From Mustelus asterias (taxonomy: Eukaryota), in contig NW_027590629.1 in assembly GCF_964213995.1 (NCBI RefSeq), forward strand, positions 62,001-126,000: a stretch of DNA of 64,000 nt, read 5' to 3'. The notes under the pieces were generated by a model. That model saw only the letters and a program-made list of their open reading frames with translations. It was not told the origin of the DNA and did not search any database. The translations under genes and the position numbers were made by a program. The first letter of the stretch is position 1; each line of letters starts with the position of its first letter. This document shows positions 60,570 through 64,000 of the stretch, piece after piece.

Positions 60570-61550
60570 AACATTGCCCCAGAGTGACAAGATGAACGGA
60601 CCAGAGAATGGTAATATTATTGGGCTATAAATAGAGCATGATTCACTCTGTGGTGCTTCTATACATTTTCGGTATTGCTGATATTCACAACAGGAGAGGC
60701 GATGGCCGAGGGGTATTATCCTGAGACTATTAATCCAGAAACTCAGCGAATGTTGTGCGGACCCGATTCAATGAAAACAATATCGACAACTAAGAATCTA
60801 TTGACGACCATGAAGCCATTGTCGATTGTCGGAAAACCCATTTTGTTCACTAATGTACTTTGGGGAATGAAATCTGCCGTCCTTACCTGGTCTGGCCTAC
60901 ACGTGACTCCAAAGCCAAAACAATGTGGTTGATCTCAACTACCGATGGACAACTAGTGGTATCCATGTCCCACACACAGAAAAAATTCACTGGAATCACT
61001 GTTAACACTGTCCTGATAATAAGGCTAATGGACGTATTGAGAAAAAAAAGGCAAGGACAGAACTATTTAGCCTCCATTAGCTTCCGGGTCACAGTAAGAA
61101 AATAAGGGTTTTTTGTGGAATGTCAATTATTGAGCATGTTCAAAAAAATCAACAGCTTTTGGAAGCCTAATGGCATTAAGCGCTATGCAGATAGCGCGGG
61201 AAAGTGGCGTTCAGGCTGATCAGCCCTGATCTAACTGAATGACGAAGCAGAATCGAACGACAGCATGGCCTACTGCTGTTCCCATGTTCCTGTACGCCAT
61301 TTTTCTACATTCTTCCCCAAGTCAATCGCTAAATGTGTAAGTTATCTCTGTAAGGATGATTATGTTAATCCAGCTCACGGTGCGTCTGGTTACTGTCTGT
61401 TATCTCACCACCTGGGTGTCACACAGCACCACTGGAGACAGAAGGGAGGGAGCTGAGAACATACGAAAAAAGGAAGCTGATTATTGAAGGCTGGGATTAG
61501 ACCGGATAAAATCAAACACGCAGCTCCCCTTTTACAGAGCGACAGCGGCA

Positions 61551-63192
61551 ATGCAGCTGCTGTGGGGATCATTCCTGACAGGTAATTACGTGCAAAAAAC
61601 ATTGCACTGTTTCACACGTTTCCCGAGCTTGGTTCCAGACCACAAATTAATCATACGCCCTTCTGACCATTTTCTGTGTTGTTATTTCCATATTTGAGAC
61701 ATGGAGATTCTGTCATCCAGCCGCTCACATCAGATGTGAAGAGAGAAGGCGAGATCGTGATTTTAACCTGTAGCAATGAAACCAAGCACGCTGAATGTCT
61801 TCTTCACCGCTCTGTCCACCTGTGACTCCACTTTTAAGGAGCAGAGAGCGACGATAGGTTGTACTGGTACCGACAACATCCAGACACGCAGCCCGTGTTT
61901 ATAGTGCGGAAAGAGACTGATAGTTATGAAAATAAAGCAGATGTTTTTAAAAGTCGCTTCTATGTAGCTAATGTAGCTATGTCGGAGGTAGCTAAATTGA
62001 TACAAATTGGCTTGATGACAGAAGCCACAGGGTGGTTATAGAGGGTTGTTTTTTAAACTGGAGGCCTGTTACCAGCGTTGTGCCTCAGGGATCAGTGCTG
62101 GGTCCACTGTTATTTGTCATTTATATTCATGATTTGGGTGAGAATATCGGAGGCATGTTTAGGAAGTTTGCAGTTGACACGAAGATTGGTGGCATAGTGG
62201 ACAGTGAAGAAGGTTATCTCGGATTGCAACGGGATCTTGATAAATTGGGCCAGTGGGCTCACGAATGGCAGATGGAGTTTAATTTAGATAAATTCGAGGT
62301 TATGCATTTTGTTAGATTGAACCAGGGTAGGACTTACTCAGTTAATGGTAGGTCATTGTGAAGAGTTACAAGGCAAAGGGATCTAGAGGTACAGGTTCAT
62401 AGCTCCTTGAAAGTGGAGCCACAGGTGGACAGAGTGGTGAGGAAGACATTCAGCGTGCTTGGTTTCATTGCTCAGAACATTGAATACAGGGGTTGGGACG
62501 TCTTGTTGAAGTTGTACAAGACATTGGTAAGGCTACACTTGGAATACTGTGTACCGTTCTGTTCACCCTATTATAGAAAGGATATTATTAAACTAGAAAG
62601 AGTGCAGGAAAGATTTACTAGGATGCTACCGAGACTTGATGGTTTGAGTTATAAGGAGAGGCTGGATAGACTGGGACATTTTGCTCCAGAGCGTAGAAGG
62701 TTGAGGGGTGATCTTATAGAGGTCTATAAAATAATGAGGGGCATGGATCATCCAGATAGTCAATATATTTTCCCAAAGGTAGGGGAGTCTAAAACTAGAG
62801 GGCATAGGTTTAAGGTGAGAGGGCAGAGATGCAAACTTGTCCAGAGGAGCAGTTTTTTCACACAGAGGATGGTGAGTGTCTGGAACAAGCTGCCAGAGGT
62901 AGTGGTAGAAGCGGGTACAATTTTGTCTTTTAAAAAGCACTTCGACAGTTACATGGGTAAGATGGGTATAGAGGGATATGGGTCAAATGCGGGCGATTAG
63001 GAAATAGCTTTGGATTTATTTTTAAAAGGGCGGCATGGACAAGTTGGGCCGAAGTGCCTGGAGATCCATGCTGTAAACCTCTGTGCCTTCATGACTCTAC
63101 GTCTATCTCCAGACCTCGTATAAATTCATGAGTTTAAGTATATTTGATCTGAGCCTGACTGATGCTGCCGTTTATCATTGCGCGTCCAGACT
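61551..63192 (+). pseudogene. TCR alpha/delta-type V segment 3 (pseudogene, two CR1-derived insertions)
   Basis: Short leader 61551-61581 MQLLWGSFLT + GTAATT; acceptor mutated to CAT (61689-61691); HGDSVIQP..VILTCS, insert, ESDDRLYWYRQHPDTQPVFI..KSRFYV, CR1, YLQTSYKFMSLSIFDLSLTDAAVYHCASR. Confidence 0.93.
61966..63095 (+). mobile_element. CR1 3' fragment inserted in FR3 of V3
   Basis: ORFs 62032-62361 and 62407-63000; flanking TCTATGT (61959-61965) / TCTACGT (63096-63102). Confidence 0.93.
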
Positions 63193-63231
63193 CACAGAGA
63201 TAGAAAGAAGGCTCACTCTCATTCAGAAACC
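63193..63231 (+). other. 23-RSS of V3
   Basis: Heptamer CACAGAG, exact 23-nt spacer, nonamer TCAGAAACC (7/9 to ACAAAAACC). Confidence 0.9.
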
Positions 63232-64000
63232 TGCTTAACACTGGAGATGTGAGCTCGTGGCGACTGAGGATTGCTGAGACTCATGGCCAGATGTTAAGTG
63301 AGTTTTCGGCCGCTCAAACACAAACAGAGGAAACCAAGTTAACCGCAGATGCAACTGACACCTAACTCTTTCCAGCCGCAATGGAGAAAACAAACTGCAG
63401 AATCCAATCTGTCAGGCAGATCCAGCACAGAACCATACTCGACTCATTCTTCCAAAAGACAATCATGCCGCTTTTCTGGTCTGGCTCCACCAGTCGGTGG
63501 TGAGCTGGATACCAGTGAATGGAAATACCTCAAGCTGCGACACAATTAACGTCCTGGTCGTGGGAATGTTTCCATTGCCTGCGACCGCGGTTGGGAATAA
63601 AAGTCTTCTTTGTTAATTGGGGACAGTTCTCAAAACATTACAGGCATTGAACCCACCGTCATTGCACTCAACAGCAAATTTCAAAGCTATCTGTGTAGAA
63701 AACAACTCGCATTCAATTTCACAGGAGTCATAAAATCCACAGGTTGCATCACAGTAACAATAATACAAATCAGGAAAGATTTGGCAGAAACATATTTTGA
63801 AAAGATAATGAATACATTGAATCTCCAGAAAGAAGGCCATTTACCACTCAGCACCAACAGAGGAAGCTCATGCATCACGTATTCATGACCACTGCAGCTA
63901 ATCCACCAAGAAGTCGCATGGCACTGGGGAATGAGGGCTTTCATTATTCTCATCATAAGTCACCAACTCAAAAATCTGCAAGCATCCTTATAATTTGCCT

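Noticed and set aside
52121-63231. NAR-TCR supporting V, IgNAR-like or IgH-like (TAILV) segments
   Set aside because: Each V has its own leader and TCR-type GDSV/I..WYRQ..YYC pattern; no upstream NAR V-D-J cassette or WVRQ-type IgH V seen

Overview
Eukaryotic, repeat-dense genomic DNA, almost certainly from a shark or ray (HE1-type tRNA-derived SINEs, CR1 LINEs with (tatgactc/tatgttc)n tails, Penelope-like elements). It contains a 142-nt assembly gap at 34759-34900. No intact cellular protein-coding gene is visible. The right end (52-63.3 kb) is part of a T-cell-receptor alpha/delta-type V-segment array: three + strand V genes (leader, intron, V exon, 23-RSS), all disabled. They are interspersed with tRNA genes: a near-perfect tRNA-Arg(ACG), a tRNA-Pro(AGG) carrying an 18-nt intron at the canonical 37/38 position, and decayed Pro(TGG) and Arg(CCT) copies. 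Just upstream (42.5-50 kb) is a tandem array of five ~1.25-kb units, each with a decayed tRNA-Val. The left part (0-26 kb) is an old direct segmental duplication (~60-9480 vs ~13740-25920) containing exon-like blocks of an unidentified decayed gene, opposed minisatellite arrays and copy-specific insertions. One such insertion looks like a chimeric tRNA-Arg + 3' trailer + HE1 retroposon. Several Penelope-like termini carry minimal hammerhead ribozymes, one family with a U3:A8 core covariation. A young 5'-truncated CR1 has an open 799-aa ORF. All calls were made by eye; TE boundaries are approximate.
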